Shown: positions 34,609 through 48,500, counted from the first letter of the stretch. The stretch: DNA of 64,000 nt from Squalus acanthias (GCA_030390025.1 JASTWF010000048.1:1116001-1180000), one strand, 5' to 3'. A program made the numbers and translations. The notes: generated by a model from the sequence alone, not told the origin.

Positions 34609-36952
34609 TGATTTTTCCACTGAATTCACTTAAGTCTCTAGAGAGAGAAGCGAATCCACATCCTTCTGTCTCAGAGGCGCGAATGGTACAAACCCATTCG
34701 CAGCTGACAATATAGGCCATTAATCTACAAAGATGCCCGAATAAGTTTGTCACATTTAACTACATGGGATCTGAGCAACAATCATTATTAGGTAATGTGA
34801 CTTGTGAAGCACGGCTTCTGCAGTCGACAGTCAATGAAGTCAGGGCTGAAGGACTTCAGGTGTGTGGAGAGACTAGAAAAGCTGAGATGGCTTTCCTTGG
34901 ACTGGAGAAGGTTAAGGGGAGATTCACCACAAGGGTACCCGAGTTTAGAGACTTCAGTAACGTGGAGATACTGGAGAAGCTGGGGTTTAATTTCCTTCGA
35001 GCAGAGCTGGCGATGGGGAGATTTAATATATTCAATCTTATAGAGAATACGGGGAGAAACTGTTTCCTTTGGTAGGAGCGTCGGAAAGCAGAGCACTCAG
35101 GTTTCGGAACATTGGCAAAAGTATCCGAGGTGTAGATCAGAAGAATCTGTTTAATTCAGCGAGTTACCATGATACAGAATGCACTGCCTGAAATTCCGAT
35201 GGAAGTAAATTCAATCGTAAGTTTCAAATGGGATTTGGCTATACAGTTCAAAAGGAACCTACATTAAGGGCTATTCGTTAAGAGCAGGGAGTGGGACAAA
35301 TTTTATAGGGGAGGCCAAAACTAGCGGTCATAAATATAACATACTCACGAATACATCTACGAGGGAATTCAGGAGCAATCTGCTTATCCAAAGGGTGATG
35401 AGAATGTTTAACTTGTTAGCACAAGGAGTTGTTGAAGTGAAAATTTAGATGCATTTAAAAGGAAGCTATATTAGGAGAATAGGGTGAAATCAATAGAAGG
35501 ATTTCCTGATATGGTGAGATGAAGAGGCGTAGGATGAGGATCATGTGGGCTTAATTGGATAGCGCTTTCTAACATCCGGACAGGGCTCGATGGGCCGATT
35601 GGCCTCCTTCTGTGCTGTACCATTAATGATTCTATAAACAACTGAACATTGTTGCGTCAAAGGTCCCTCCAGTTTCAGACAGTACAGCTTCTTGTGTGCA
35701 TGTGAAACACAAGAATTAAAGGGTTAAATTCTTAAGGGGGCTGCACTCCTAGATTCTTTTGAAAAACACATCAAATTGCATCAAGAGTCTGATAGACAGG
35801 TGGGTTAACGGTTTTCAACAGAAACTCAAACATCTGTCAGGATGCAGGTGTTCCAGTGAGAAACGGATCTGGAGCAGCATCTCGCAGGGTGAAACATCCG
35901 TGACACGTTTAAGGGTTGTGCCCCTTAGAGCAGAGAACGTTAAGGGGAGATTTGAAAGAGGTGTTCAAAATCATGAATCATTTTGCTTGATTAAATGATA
36001 AGTGAATTTCAATTGTGTCAGGAGGGTCACTAAACAGAGGAGGAAGATTTTAGGCAATTTACAAAAGAACCAGAGCGGGAGATGAGTAGAATCTTTCTCC
36101 TCAGTGAATTGTTATGATCTGGAATGAGCTGCCTGAACGGATGGTGAGGCAGATTCAATAATATTTTTGAAAAGGGATTTGGATAAATACTTGACGCTGA
36201 ATTATATTCAGTGCTATGGGGAAAGTGTCAAGTGATTGTGACCAATTGGATAGCTTCTTCAAAAATAACGCACAGGCACGATGGACCGAAAGGCCTTCTT
36301 CTGTGCTATATCATTCTATGATTCTATGATAATCAGCGCTTCTCTCGTCGCTATTGCGATAGGGCAAGTAACAGATGGGATTTGCATCTCCTCCGATAGC
36401 GTGAGCTTGGGAACTTTTCACTGGTATAATCGGGAGCTATGCTTAATTCCTTCCATTAGTCCTACGCCCGATCTTTCAACACTAACACGAACCCATTTAC
36501 CCCACCACATAATCTGCAGTTAAAAAGTAGAGGACCATCAATGAAAAGGACATCCGAAATATTGAAACAGAATTTTTATTCATTAATAATCTATTGTAAT
36601 AGTCTGAAGAGAAAGAGAGGAAGAAGATGAATCAATATGATTAAAAAAGTAATCCATGATATATCATTTATTTGAACGGTATGATTGAAGAATAGCGCTA
36701 GATAGATGATACAATGATAGATAGATAGATAGATGATAGATAGATATATATTGAGATAGATAATTCAGAGCTAGATAGACAGATCGATGGCAGCTCGATG
36801 CATAGATCGCAGATTGATAGAGAGATAGATAGATAGAGATTTAGATAGATAGATAGATAGATGAATAAATGGGTGAAGAGAAACACAAACAGACTCACAG
36901 ACAGACATCGAGACAGATCCGTCTTCGACAATGATTTCCTGCCGCCTTTGGG

Positions 36953-36991
36953 GGTTTTTGTTGAGCTCCTCCATCTCTCTGATTCACTGTG
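36953..36991 (-). promoter_or_regulatory. 23-RSS of B3 (consensus)
   Basis: CACAGTG - 23 nt - ACAAAAACC. Confidence 0.96.
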
Positions 36992-37898
36992 CAGGCTCCA
37001 GGCGCAGTAATACACGGCCGAGTGATTTGCCCGGAGACTGGTGGACTCCAGGTAGAAGTGGGTGCCGTCTGGTCTCTTGGCGCTGAATCCATCCACCTCA
37101 CCAGAGGGAGTGACCACTTCGACTACGTTACAATAGAAAAGGTTCTCAGGCTCCCGGTTGGGATGCCAGCGGTACCAGCAGAAAGAGGTAGCAGCTGTTG
37201 CTTTTGTGTAAAGGCACCCGATCCGGACAGGAGTGCCCGGGGAACTGGACATGGAAGCGGGAGTCTGTTCGATCAGCACGGCCCGCACATCTGTAAAACC
37301 GAGAGAGAGAGAGATAAACCCAGGGAGACAATGCATATAGACACCCACCATGAAGGGGCAGAGGAGGGGAGAGAGCGAGAGTGTGGGCGAGAGTGGGCGA
37401 GAAAGGCAGAGAAACACAGCGAAATGGAGAGAGAGACAGAGACAATGATAGAGCGAATGTGACACAGACAGAGAAACCGAGGGACAATCTGAGCATTGAA
37501 AGAGAACGATAAGCAGTACACGAGGACAGAGCGATAGAAAAGAGAAAGAAAGTAAGAGAGGCACAGAAAATGAGATACATAGAGACAAAGTGAGAGAGGC
37601 TCACAAAGAGAGAGAGTGAGAGACAAGGGAAATATAAATGGGCAGACAGGCAGTAAGACAGACTGAGAGAAATACAGCGGCAGAGAGCGAGAGTGCGGCA
37701 GAGAGATTGAGAGGCAGAGAGAGGGAGACATGGAGACAGAGAGAGCAAAATATAAACCGAGGTAGACAGAATCTACACCAGCCCGTAGTGTGAAGTGACA
37801 CACAGGGAAATAAACGTAAGGGGCGCAAAATTCTCACAGCCCTGCTGCACCTTACCCGTTAGCAGCAGCAACACAACCCAGAGCTGATGCAAAGCCAT
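36992..37898 (-). CDS. TRBV: TCR V segment family B copy 3 (B3), intact, two extra cysteines; leader 37898-37856, V exon 37290-36992
   Basis: Leader MALHQLWVVLLLLT|GTAAGG. V exon ..IGC..SFCWYRW..LFYCNVV..YYCAWSL. Confidence 0.9.
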
Positions 37899-37932
37899 CT
37901 CTGGAGGGAGAAAGATCCGGTTGTTTATGATG

Positions 37933-37942
37933 TGATATCACT
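37933..37942 (-). promoter_or_regulatory. TCR Vbeta-type decamer (CRE-like) AGTGATATCA
   Basis: Exact AGTGAYRTCA match 35 nt upstream of the B3 ATG. Confidence 0.6.
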
Positions 37943-38694
37943 TGATCGTTTTATTGCAGAATATCACAAAGTTCTGAGCAATGAGTGGAATTTACTGTCC
38001 CCTCCTCTCCAATGTTAAACTTTCGGATGGGAAGGCCAATCTCTCCTCACTTGTTAATTGGCTCCCGCATCGGGGATGGTCATTTCCGGGGCGGGGCTAA
38101 TGAGGAACCCAGATAAACGATTTGATGGCGGATCGCTGTTTTTTTTTTAAAACTGTAAGTAACACGAGGCTCCATCGTAGATACCATTGGTGGTGAGGGA
38201 GTGAGAAAAGGCAGTTATACTGTCAGTCTGACTCATTTTGTGGATTGTTTCTGCATCGAATCAGTGAGTGAGGGGTTTTATTCTGCATCTAACCAGGGAG
38301 TGAGAGACTTTATTCTGAGTCTAACCATTGAGTGTGGGATTTACTCTGTATATAATCAGTGAGTGCTGGACGTAAATCTGTAACTAAGCAATGAATCATG
38401 GGCTTTGCAATGTATCTGACCAGAGTATGATGGGATTCACTCAGTACCTAATCAGTAATTGATGGGCTTTACTCTGTATCTAATTAATGGTTCGTGGGTC
38501 GTACATTGTAGCTAAACAGTAATTGATTGGTTTCACTCTGTTTCAAATCAGTAATTCATGGGCCTTATGTATCGAATCCCTGTACCCAGGGCTGCCCATG
38601 TATGTAACCCGTGCTCTCACTTATCTAAACCGTGTTGACCCTGTATCGAACCCGTACTGTCCCTGTATCTAACCCGTACTGTCCCTATACTTTG

Positions 38695-40510
38695 AGTCGG
38701 AGGGGAAAACAGAGTATGAGAGTCAACTTGCAAATTACATAAAAGCGGACTGTAAAAGCTTCTACAAGTATGTAAAAACAAAAAGATTAGTGAAGACAAA
38801 TGTAGGTCCCTTACAAGGAGAAACGGGAGAATTTATAATGGGGAACAAGGAAATGAGAGAGCAATTAAACAAATGCTTCCTTTCTGTCCTCACGGAAGAG
38901 GACACAAATAATTTCCCAGAAATACTCTGCAACCAAGGGCCTAGTGAGAAGGAGGAATTAAAGGAAATTAACATGAGTTAAAAAATAGAGCAGGAGACAT
39001 TAATGGGACTGAATGCCGATAAATGCCCAGGGCTTAATATTCAGCATCCCAGAGTATTAAAAGAGGCAGCCATGGAAATAGTGGATGCATTGGTTGTCAG
39101 CTTTCAAAATTCTATAGAATATGGAACAGTTCCTGCAGATTGTAGGTTGGCAAATGTAAACCCACTATTTAAAAAAGAAGGTTGAGAGAAAACAGGAAAC
39201 TACAGACCGGTTAGCCTAACATCAGTAGTAGGGAAAATGCGAGAGTCTATTACAAAGGATGTGATAACAGGACACTTAGAAAATATCAACGGAAGTAGAC
39301 AAAGGCAACATGGATTTATGAAAGGGAAATCGCGTTTGACAAACTTGCTGGAGTTTTTGAGGATGTTACTGGTAGAATAGATAAGGGAGAACCAGTGGAT
39401 GTGGTTTATTTGGATTTTCAGAAGGCCTTGGATAAAGTCCCACATCAAAGGTTAGTGTGCAAAACTAAAGCACATGGGATTGGGGGTAATATACTGGCAT
39501 GGATTGAAAATTGGTTCACAGACAGGAAACAGATAGCATGAATGAATTGGTCTTTTTTGGGGTGGCATGCGGTGAATAGTGGGGTAACGCAGGGATCAGT
39601 GCTTGGGCCCCAGCTATTCAAAATATATATTAATGATCTGGATGAAGGAACCAAATGTAATATTTCCAAGTGTGCTGACGACACGAAACTAGGTGGGATT
39701 GTGAGTTGTGAGGAGGATGCAAAGAAGCTTCAAAGCGATTTAGACAAGTTATCCACTTCGTTAGGAAAAACGGAAAGGCAGAGTTTAATTTAAATGGTGA
39801 TAGATTGGGAAATGTTAATGTACAGAGGAACCTGGGTGTTCTTGTACAGCAGTCACTGAAAGCAACATGAAGGTGCAGCAAGCACTTAGGAAGGCAAATG
39901 GCATATTGGCCTTCATTACAAGAGGATTCGAGTACAGGGGCAAGGATGTCTTTCTGCAGTTATACAGGGGCTTGGTGAGACCACACGTGGAGACTGAGTG
40001 CAGTTTTGTTCTCCTTTATTAAGAATGGATATATTTGCCATAGAGGGAGCTCAGCCAAGGTTCACCAGACTGATTCCTGGAATGGCCTGACTGTCGTATG
40101 AGGAGAGATTGGGTCGACTAGGCCATTATTCAGTACAGTTTAGAAAAATGAGAGGGGCTCTCATTGAAACGTATACAATTCTGACAGACTGGATGCAGGG
40201 AGGATGGTTCCCTTGGCTGGTGGCTCTATAACGAAGGGTCACATTCTCAGGATACGGGGCAGGACATTTAGGACTAAGATAAGGAGAAGTTTCTTCACTC
40301 AGAGGGTGTTGAACCTATGGAATTCTCTACCACAGAAGGCTGTGGTGGCCAAGTCAATGAATATGTTTAAGAAGGAGATAGATAGATTTCTAGACGCAAA
40401 CGGCATCAAGGGGTTTGGGGAGAAAGGGGAAATATGGTATTGAGATAGAGGATCAGCCATGATCATATTGAATGACAGAGCAGGCTCGAAGGGCCGAATG
40501 ACTTACTCCT
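38695..40510 (+). mobile_element. CR1-type LINE, 5'-truncated ORF2 (RT) and 3' end, decayed
   Basis: [34 protein letters not shown] and FFTQRVLNLWNSLP. Stops and frameshifts. Confidence 0.9.
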
Positions 40511-40584
40511 CAATACCATATTCCAGCTCTCTCCCCATACCTCTTGATGCCATTTGCGTCTAGAAATCTATCTATCACCTTTTT

Positions 40585-42155
40585 ACTATTAGTAAAATAA
40601 CAGTACCTGCAAAATTAATGGGATTAAAAGTCATAAATTCCAAGGACCGGATGACCTACATCATAGGGTTTTGAAAGAGCTGGCCATGTGGATTGTGGAC
40701 GCATTGATTGTCATCTTCCAAAATTCTATAGATTCTGGAACGGTTCCTGCAGATTGGAGTATCGTAAATGTTACCCCGCAATTTAAGAAAGGAGGGAGAG
40801 AGAAAACAATTAATACAGACCTGTTAGCCTTACATCAGTAGTTGTGAAAATGCTGGAATCTGTTATAAAGAATGCAATAACTGGGCACTTATAAACTAAT
40901 AGGAAGATTGGGCAGAGACAACATGGATCTTTGAAAGAGAAATCCTGTTTAACAAACCTATTGGGTTTGTTTGAGGATGTAACTGGTGGAGTAGACAAAG
41001 GGGAACCGGTAGATGTGGTGTATCTGGATTTTCAGAAGGCCTTCGATAAGGTCCCACAGAAGAGGTTGGTGAACAAAATTAGAGCACATGGAATTCGGGG
41101 CAATATACTAGCATGGATTGAGAATTTGTTAACAGACAGAAAACAAAGGATAGGATAAACTGCTCTTTTTCAGGATGGCAGGCTGTGACTAGTGGGGTAC
41201 CGCAAGTATCGGTGCTTGGGCCCCAGCTATTCACAAACTATATCAATGATTTGGATGAGGGGACTAAATGTAACAATTCTAAATTTGCTGATGATACAAA
41301 GCTAGGTGGCAGTGTCAATTGTGGAGAGGATGTGAAGAGGCTTCAAGGGGATTTCGACAGGCTCAGTGAGTGGGCGAGAACATGGCAGATGGAATATAAT
41401 GGTGAAAGATTGGGGAATGCAGATGCTCAAAGGGACATGGTTGTCATTGTACATGAGTCACTGAAAGTGAATGTACAGGTGCAGCTAGACATTAGGAAGG
41501 CAAACGGTATGCTGGCCTTCATTACAAGAGGATTTGAGTACAGGAGTAAAGAAGTCTTACTCCAATTATACAGGGCCTTGGTGAGACCACACCTGGAGTA
41601 CTGTGTACAATTTTGGTCTCCTTCACGATGGACGGATATACTTGACATAGAAGAAGTGCAACGAAGTTTCACTGGATTGCTTCCTGGGATGGCGGGACTG
41701 TCGTATCAGAAGTGATTGAGTAAACTAGGCCTGTATTCTCTTGAATTCAGAAGAATGAGAGGAGATCTAATTGAAGGATACAAAATTATTACAGGGCTTG
41801 ATAGGATGGATGCTAGGAGAATGTTTCCCTTGGCTGGGGAGTCTAGAACCAGGTGCCAAAGCCTCAGGATAAATGGTAGGCCATTCAGGACTGAGATGAG
41901 AACACATTTCTTCACGCAACGGGTGTTGAATCTTTGGAATTCACTAGCCCAGAGGGCGGTGATGGCTCAGTCATTGAGTGTATTCAAAACAGTACGCGCT
42001 AGATTTCTGACTTTTAAAGGCATCAAGGGATATGGCGATAGGGCCGGTGAATTGAGTTGAGGCAGAAGATCAGCCATGATCTCATTCAATGGCGGAGCAG
42101 GCTCCAAGGGCCGAATGGTCTACTCCTGCTCCTATTTGTTAAGTTCTTATGCTCC
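40585..42155 (+). mobile_element. Second CR1-type LINE ORF2/3' fragment in tandem
   Basis: KSCLTNLL, VYLDFQKAFDKV, SGVPQVSVLGP, FADDTKL and RPHLEYCVQFWSP. Confidence 0.9.
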
Positions 42156-42164
42156 TATTTTTCT

Positions 42165-42680
42165 ACCGGTATTGTCCCTGTATCTTACCCGTACTGTCCC
42201 TGTATTTAATGAGTGCTGGCCCTTTATCTAACCCGTACTGTTTCTGTATCCAATGCGTGCTGTCCCTGTATCTAACCCGTACTGTCCCTGTATCTAACCC
42301 GTACTGTCCCTTTATCTAACCCGTACTGTCCCTGTATCCAATACGTGCTGTCGCTGTATCTAACCCGTACTGTCCCTGTATCTAACCCGTACTGTCCATG
42401 TATCTAACCCGTACTGTCCCTGTATCTAACGTGCGCTGTCCCTGTATCTAACGTGTGCTGTCCCTGTATCTAATGTCTGCGGTTCCTGTGTCTTAGGAGT
42501 GCTGTCCCTGTATCTAACTCGTGCAGCCCATATATTTAATCAGTTCAGTCCCTGTACCTATCCCGTACTGTCCCTGTATCTACCACGTGCTGTCACTGCA
42601 TCTTACGCATGCTGTCCCTGTATCTAACCCGTACTGTCCTGTATCTAACGCGTGCTGTCACTGGATCTAACCGGTGCTGT
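42165..42680. repeat. 22-bp minisatellite (CTGTCCCTGTATCTAACCCGTA)n
   Basis: Many near-perfect tandem units. The array is split by the LINE pair inserted at ~38692. Confidence 0.88.
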
Positions 42681-42831
42681 CTCTCATTACCCACCAAACA
42701 ACACCCCTCCCCCAACCTTCGCCTCTGGATTGACACCACCCCCAACAATGCAGCGACTGGTTCGGTCCTGAGCCACGTTCTCGACTGCACCGGATACTTG
42801 AGGCTACTTCCCGGTTCCTTATGTCACTGTG

Positions 42832-43241
42832 GAGTCGCCAAGGGCAGTAGTACTGCGCCGAGTGGTTCGCTCGCAGGCGGGTTGTTTGCAGGTGGAAGGT
42901 TTGGTCGTCGGGCCTGGAGGCGGTGAAGACGTCCACCTCTCCCGCCGGGAGAGTAGAAGTGCATTAAGAGTTCTCCGTCTGGGGGCTCGCGTTACCACGG
43001 AAACTCTGAGCCGAAGTTGCCCACCACAAAACAGCGGATCTGCAGCAGGGAGTGCAGGGAAGCGTGGATTACAGGTTGAATTTACTGAACTTTGCGGCTT
43101 GCTACACCTGCGAATAGTAGGAAAATGATTGGGTTAAAACGGGGGGCCGTTGATATTCGGAGCCAAACTGCGCTCAAGTAATGCCGAGAGATACTTACTG
43201 TGCAACAGCAGCGCAGACAAAGGACATCGGGTGAAATGCAT
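42832..43241 (-). pseudogene. TRBV: TCR V family C copy 4 (C4) pseudogene; leader 43241-43199, V exon 43107-42832
   Basis: TAA at 43082-43084, a second TAA after the conserved Trp, and a 20-nt deletion. Ends QYYCPWRL. Heptamer CACAGTG (42825-42831) with a degenerate nonamer. Confidence 0.88.
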
Positions 43242-43906
43242 TTTGTTGTACAGTTTGCAGAAGAGAAACAAACCGGGATTTTGTAAAAATCTGCTCTCCC
43301 GGCGGCTGCGTGGTGGCATTATGTAACTGCAGTTCTGTTTGATTGACAGCTGCTGCCCGCTCACTCCAGTTCCCGCGACTTGCAGTCTGATTGACAGCTG
43401 TCGACATAACCCCGCCCCCTCCCAGCTTCTCTCGACTCTTCAAGGAACAGAAGTCCCGCATCCGTGGCACCATTCTGGTAAACCTCCCCTGCAAGCTCTG
43501 TCTGGCCTTGACATCCTTCCAAAGTAACATTGCCCAGGCTTGGAGTAACTTTTCTAGCTGGGGCTGGAGAAACTCGTTTTTCAATTGTTAACCTTTAAAA
43601 GAAAACGAACAATGTTGTGAGGAAGTTGTTGCTCAATTAGGTTGTGACACAATGCCCGAAATAAAACAGTAAATTGGACAAAATTGAAATGCATTCCGGC
43701 GGGTGCTGGTTTAGCAAACAGTTCCGGCTCAGTCTAAAATCCGCTTCGGTTTGATTGGCACAGTGTCAGAGCCGGAAGTTGCAACAAACCCCAAGAGCAA
43801 GTAAACACAAGTAGCAGCAAACAAATTATATTGGGCCACAGAATTCACCATCTGATTTTGATGGTGTTTGCCTCGTTACGGAGTTATCGTTTTTCCTCTC
43901 TGTCTG

Positions 43907-43938
<32 letters not shown>

Positions 43939-44282
43939 TCATTCTTTCTATCTTTCTTTCTTTCTCTTATAGTTTTCTTTTGTTTGTCTTTCATTCTTCC
44001 ATTATTTATCTGTTTCTCACTTTTTTTCCTCATTTCTTTTTACATTACTTTTTTGTCTTACTTTCTTCCTTGTTTTCTCTCCGAGGCTCCATGGCAGCAA
44101 CGGTGACATGATGAAACAAACTCTTTCTGCCTCTCTTTCATTCCCTCTCTTTCAATCTCTCTTTCTCTTTCATTTTCTTATTGTCTTTGCTTCCTCCATT
44201 CATTCCATCGCTCCCTTTACTTTATTTCACAATGCTCCATTAACTTTGCCTTCTTGTCGACTCACTTCTCTTCCTTTCTTAA

Positions 44283-46305
44283 TTAACAACAACAACTTGC
44301 AGTTATATAGCGCCTTTAAAATAATAAAACGTCCCAAGGTGTTTCGCAGGAGCATTATCAAAAGAAATTGACACCGAGCCATTTCAGGAGATATTACTGC
44401 AGATGACCAAAAGCTTGATTAAAGAACGTGGTTGTAAGGGGCGTCTTAAAGGAACAATGAGTAGTAGAAAGGCGAAGAGTATTAGCGAGATATTTCAGTA
44501 GTCACGGCCTCGGCAGCTGAAGGCACGGCCGCCAATGGCGGAGCAAGTTAAATCGAGGCTGCTGAAGAGCCCAGAATTGCAGGAACGCAGATATCACGTC
44601 CGGTAGTGGGGCTGGAGGAGGTTTCAGAGAGGGTGGGTCGAAGCCACGGAGGGACTTGAAAGCAAGCATGAGAATTTTAAAATGGATGCGTTGCTCAAAC
44701 GGGAGCCAATGTACGTCAGCGAGCTGAGGAGTGATGGGTGATCGGGTCTTGGTACGAGTTAGAATAGGGGGAGCTCAGTTATAATTTAGGGAGGATGGAG
44801 GATGGGAGGCCGGCCAGTAGTGCGTTGGAATAGTGAAGTCTGGAGGTGAGTACAGCATGGATCAGAGTTTCAGCAGCGGATGAGCGGATTCGGTGATGCT
44901 ACGGAGGTTCAAGTAGATGGTCTTAGTGATGGCGCGGAGTTTTGCATTGGTGATCCCCAAGGGTCAGTTTTGGATCCATTAATCTTTGCAAGTGTTAGAA
45001 ACGACCTAGAATCGGGTGTAGGGAGCAGCATTATAAAGTTTTAAAATGATACGTAACTTGTCAAAGTAGGAGATAGTGATGAGGATAGTTATAGGCTTCA
45101 GGATGACACAGACAGGACGGCGAAATCGTCGGAAGCATGGCAGATGGAGTTCAATGTGGAGAAGTGTGAAGAGGTCCACTTTGGAGCACTAATATGGAAG
45201 GACAGGATACTATAAATGGAACGATTTTGCAAAGTGTCGATGAGCAGAGAAACCTTGGTGTCCATGTACACAAATCCTTAAAGGTGGCAGAGTATTTGAT
45301 AATGTGGTCAAAAAAGCACATGGGTTACTTGGGTTTATAGATAGACCAATAGAAAATAAAATCAAAGAGCTCATACTAGAACTTTCTATATCATTGGTTA
45401 TGCCTCAGCTGGAGTATTGTGGAGCATTATGGCACCAAATTTCAGAAAAGATGTTAAGGCCTTAGAAAGGGTACAGCGGAGGTTTACCAGGATGTTTCCT
45501 GTGTTGAGGGACTTCAGTTAAGAGGAGAAGTTAGGACTGTTCTCTTTTCAACAGAAAAGTATATGAGGTGAGCCAATAGGAATTTTCAAGATGATGAGAG
45601 GTTTTGAAAGTGAAAACTACAGAAATAGATAAAACGATTCCCGCTGGCGAGTGGGTCAAAAGCCAGAGGTCATAGATACTAAATCATTGTCATTTGATCT
45701 TAAGAGTAGAGAGGAGAATTTTTTCACTCAGCGAGTTGTCTGCAGCTGAAATGCTCTTCCTCCAGTGGTGGTGGAAGCGGATCAATCAATAATTTTAAAA
45801 GGGAGTTGGACAGGTGCGGGAGGATGAGGATCTAACTGTGTGATGGACAAAAAGTGGTGATGTGGGACTAAGCAAAACTGCTCCTTCTGTACTGTATGTT
45901 CATATAATTCTGTATGTTGTCGGAAGCTTATCTCGCGGTCAAATATAACACCAAGATTGCGAACAGTCTGCTTCGGCCTCAGACTTGCCAGGGAAAGGGA
46001 TGGTTTCAGAGGCTCGGGAACAGAGTATTTGCCGGGGACCGAAGACATTTGCGTCGTTCTTCCGAATTCTTAGTTGGAGAAAATTTCTGCTCATCCGGTA
46101 CTGGATGTCGTACAAGCAGTGTCGTAAATCAGAGACAGTGGCGTGAATGAGTGCGCTGGTGGTGAGTTACAGCTGTGTGTCGTCAGCGTACATGTGCAAC
46201 CTGAAATTGTGTTTTTAGATGATGTCGCAGAGCAGCAACATGTAGATGAGAAATAAGGTGGGGGACAAGCTTAGATCCGTAGGGTACTCCAGAGGTATCA
46301 ATGCC
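44283..46305. mobile_element. Composite L2/CR1/L2 block, long-type cassette
   Basis: Paralog of 1530-3480. Confidence 0.72.
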
Positions 46306-47258
46306 GGGGCGTAGAATCAAACACATTGTGCAGATTATTAAGGTCCTTGTACCAATCCAAAGACAGAGTGAAGGTAAATAAAATGGATTATTCATTGGGA
46401 GCAGGAGCGGGTCATACAACATCGCTAGGAAGCAGCAGACTTGAGGAAGTTTAACGGTGTTTTTGTGCCAAATGGTCGGTAACTGAAAGGGTAAGAGAAC
46501 CAGCGGAGTTGACCATTTAGCGGAATGTTACATCTGCGGCGCCATTGCTCCTTCTGGGCCAAAGCAGGTCGTGGCACAGGCGAAAGAGAAGCTACAGCGT
46601 CAGCTAGAGGCAGGAACGTGCAACTACAAGCAACTGGGTCTTTTTACTTTCCACGTACGAATGATTTGGTGGGTATTTTCAACTCATGCCCTGAAATTGA
46701 CCCGACTTCCAATTATTTTTCCCTCTCCTTCAGATGTTGATGAACTTACATATAATTACATCGAATTTACAGCACGGAATCCTGTCCAAATGGTCCATGC
46801 AGGGGTTTATCCTTTACACGAACCATCTCGCACCTCATTTCATCTCACCCTATCAGCAGAACATTCTACTCCTTTCACCCTAGTGTCTTTATCCAGCTTC
46901 TATGGCATTTGCCTCAGCAGTCCTTGTGTTTACAAGTTCCACATTCTCACCGCTCTCTGTGTAATGAGGTTTCTCCTGAGTTCCTGTTTGGGTATTGTAA
47001 TGACTATCTTATATACGTGGCTCGCATTTTGGATCAACATCAAAAGTAGAAACATAATCTCCAAGTCTACGCTATGAAATACTTCCATAATCTTAAATTA
47101 ATCCAAGTGTGGTCTAACAAAGCTATATGGAGATCAGCACTGTGTACGGTATTCTAAGTATGGACTAACTGAGTTATATGGAGATTAGGACTGAGCGCTC
47201 GGCGCTGTTCTCTGAATCCTCTGTAAACTTACACGACTCTGACGGCAGTTAGTCTGAG

Positions 47259-47297
47259 GGTTATTGTCTCGGCGGCGGATGACTCTGAACCGCTGTG
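47259..47297 (-). promoter_or_regulatory. 23-RSS of A5 (nonamer A-tract mutation)
   Basis: CACAGCG - 23 nt - ACAATAACC. Confidence 0.88.
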
Positions 47298-48088
47298 TCC
47301 CATCAGCAGCTGCACAGAAATACACCGCCGCATCCGTGTGTTTAACGCTGTCGATCTTCAGAGTGGATTTCTTATTTTCCACAGTCCTCGTAATAGCAAA
47401 CGCGCTCTCAAAACCCTCTCCATACTGAGCTTCACTGCTTAAATAAATAGACCCGATATAAGTGAATCCTTGTCCAGCGGATTGCCGATACCACAGCATG
47501 TTATAGCGGACTGTTCCATTCTGATAACAATTTAACTCGGCCTCGCCTCGCTGATCAACAGTAATCGAAGCCGGCCACTGATGGGTCACATCCGCCAGCG
47601 AACAGTCTGAAAAAGAGGCGGCAGAGATGATAAAAACAATCGGATGTAATTGAGAATCTCGGTTGGCTTTTCAAAAAAGCCATGGGGGTGGGAAACCGGC
47701 ACTGTGGAGCCGTCGATTACTAAACACCTGTTAAAATCAACCCAATAATTCTGGGATAATCACCAAATTAACAACAAAATGGCGATTATCCTACAGTTAT
47801 TTAAGAAAGAACGAGATTCTGCAACTTTGAATTATAATGAGAACAATCTGCGCATCAATAAATATTAAAACAGCTGAAATAATATTAATCGCCTTAAGTT
47901 TTGTAGATTAAAATAAATTATCGATTTAAATAATTGATTGCTCATAGATAATTGCTTGTTAATCATGATCGAATTGCACAATGCAGCTTAGTTAATATTT
48001 TGATGAATGGATGATACTAGTACATGTTCAACACTATCTTATTCGGTGACAGCAATGAAAGAGCAAAGACCAGCAAATTGAAATGCAT
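47298..48088 (-). pseudogene. TRBV: TCR V family A copy 5 (A5): open V exon but mutated leader splice donor; leader 48088-48043, V exon 47606-47298
   Basis: Donor GTAAG changed to ATAAG at 48041-48042. Leader MHFNLLVFALSLLSP. V exon open to YFCAAADG. Confidence 0.8.
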
Positions 48089-48500
48089 CGTTTAGGGCAA
48101 TCGACCATCTAATGCCCCAAATGGGGACTGACAGAGAGAGCGACGCTAATTATTCCGCATATGCAAAATCCGAGGTCAGATCCGGAAATTGCGTAGGTAA
48201 ACAGAAAGAAAGAACTTGCATTTCTAAAGCTCGATTCGTGACCTCAGAACGACCCAAATCGCTTTGCAACCAATGAAGTACTTTTCACGTGTAGTCACTG
48301 CCGTAATATAGGAAACGCTGCAGCCAAATTTGCGCATGCAAGATCCCACAAAGAGCAATGTGATAAATCAAAAGATCATCTGCTTTTAAGTGATTTCGTT
48401 TCAGAGAAAATATTGCCCAGGACAACTGGAGAAATATGGAATAGTATTGGTGCGAAACCTTACACCCACCTGAGGGGGAAATCAGTGCCTAGGTTTAAGT

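Noticed and set aside
38695-42155. Active reverse transcriptase gene
   Set aside because: Both CR1 copies are 5'-truncated with multiple stops and frameshifts.
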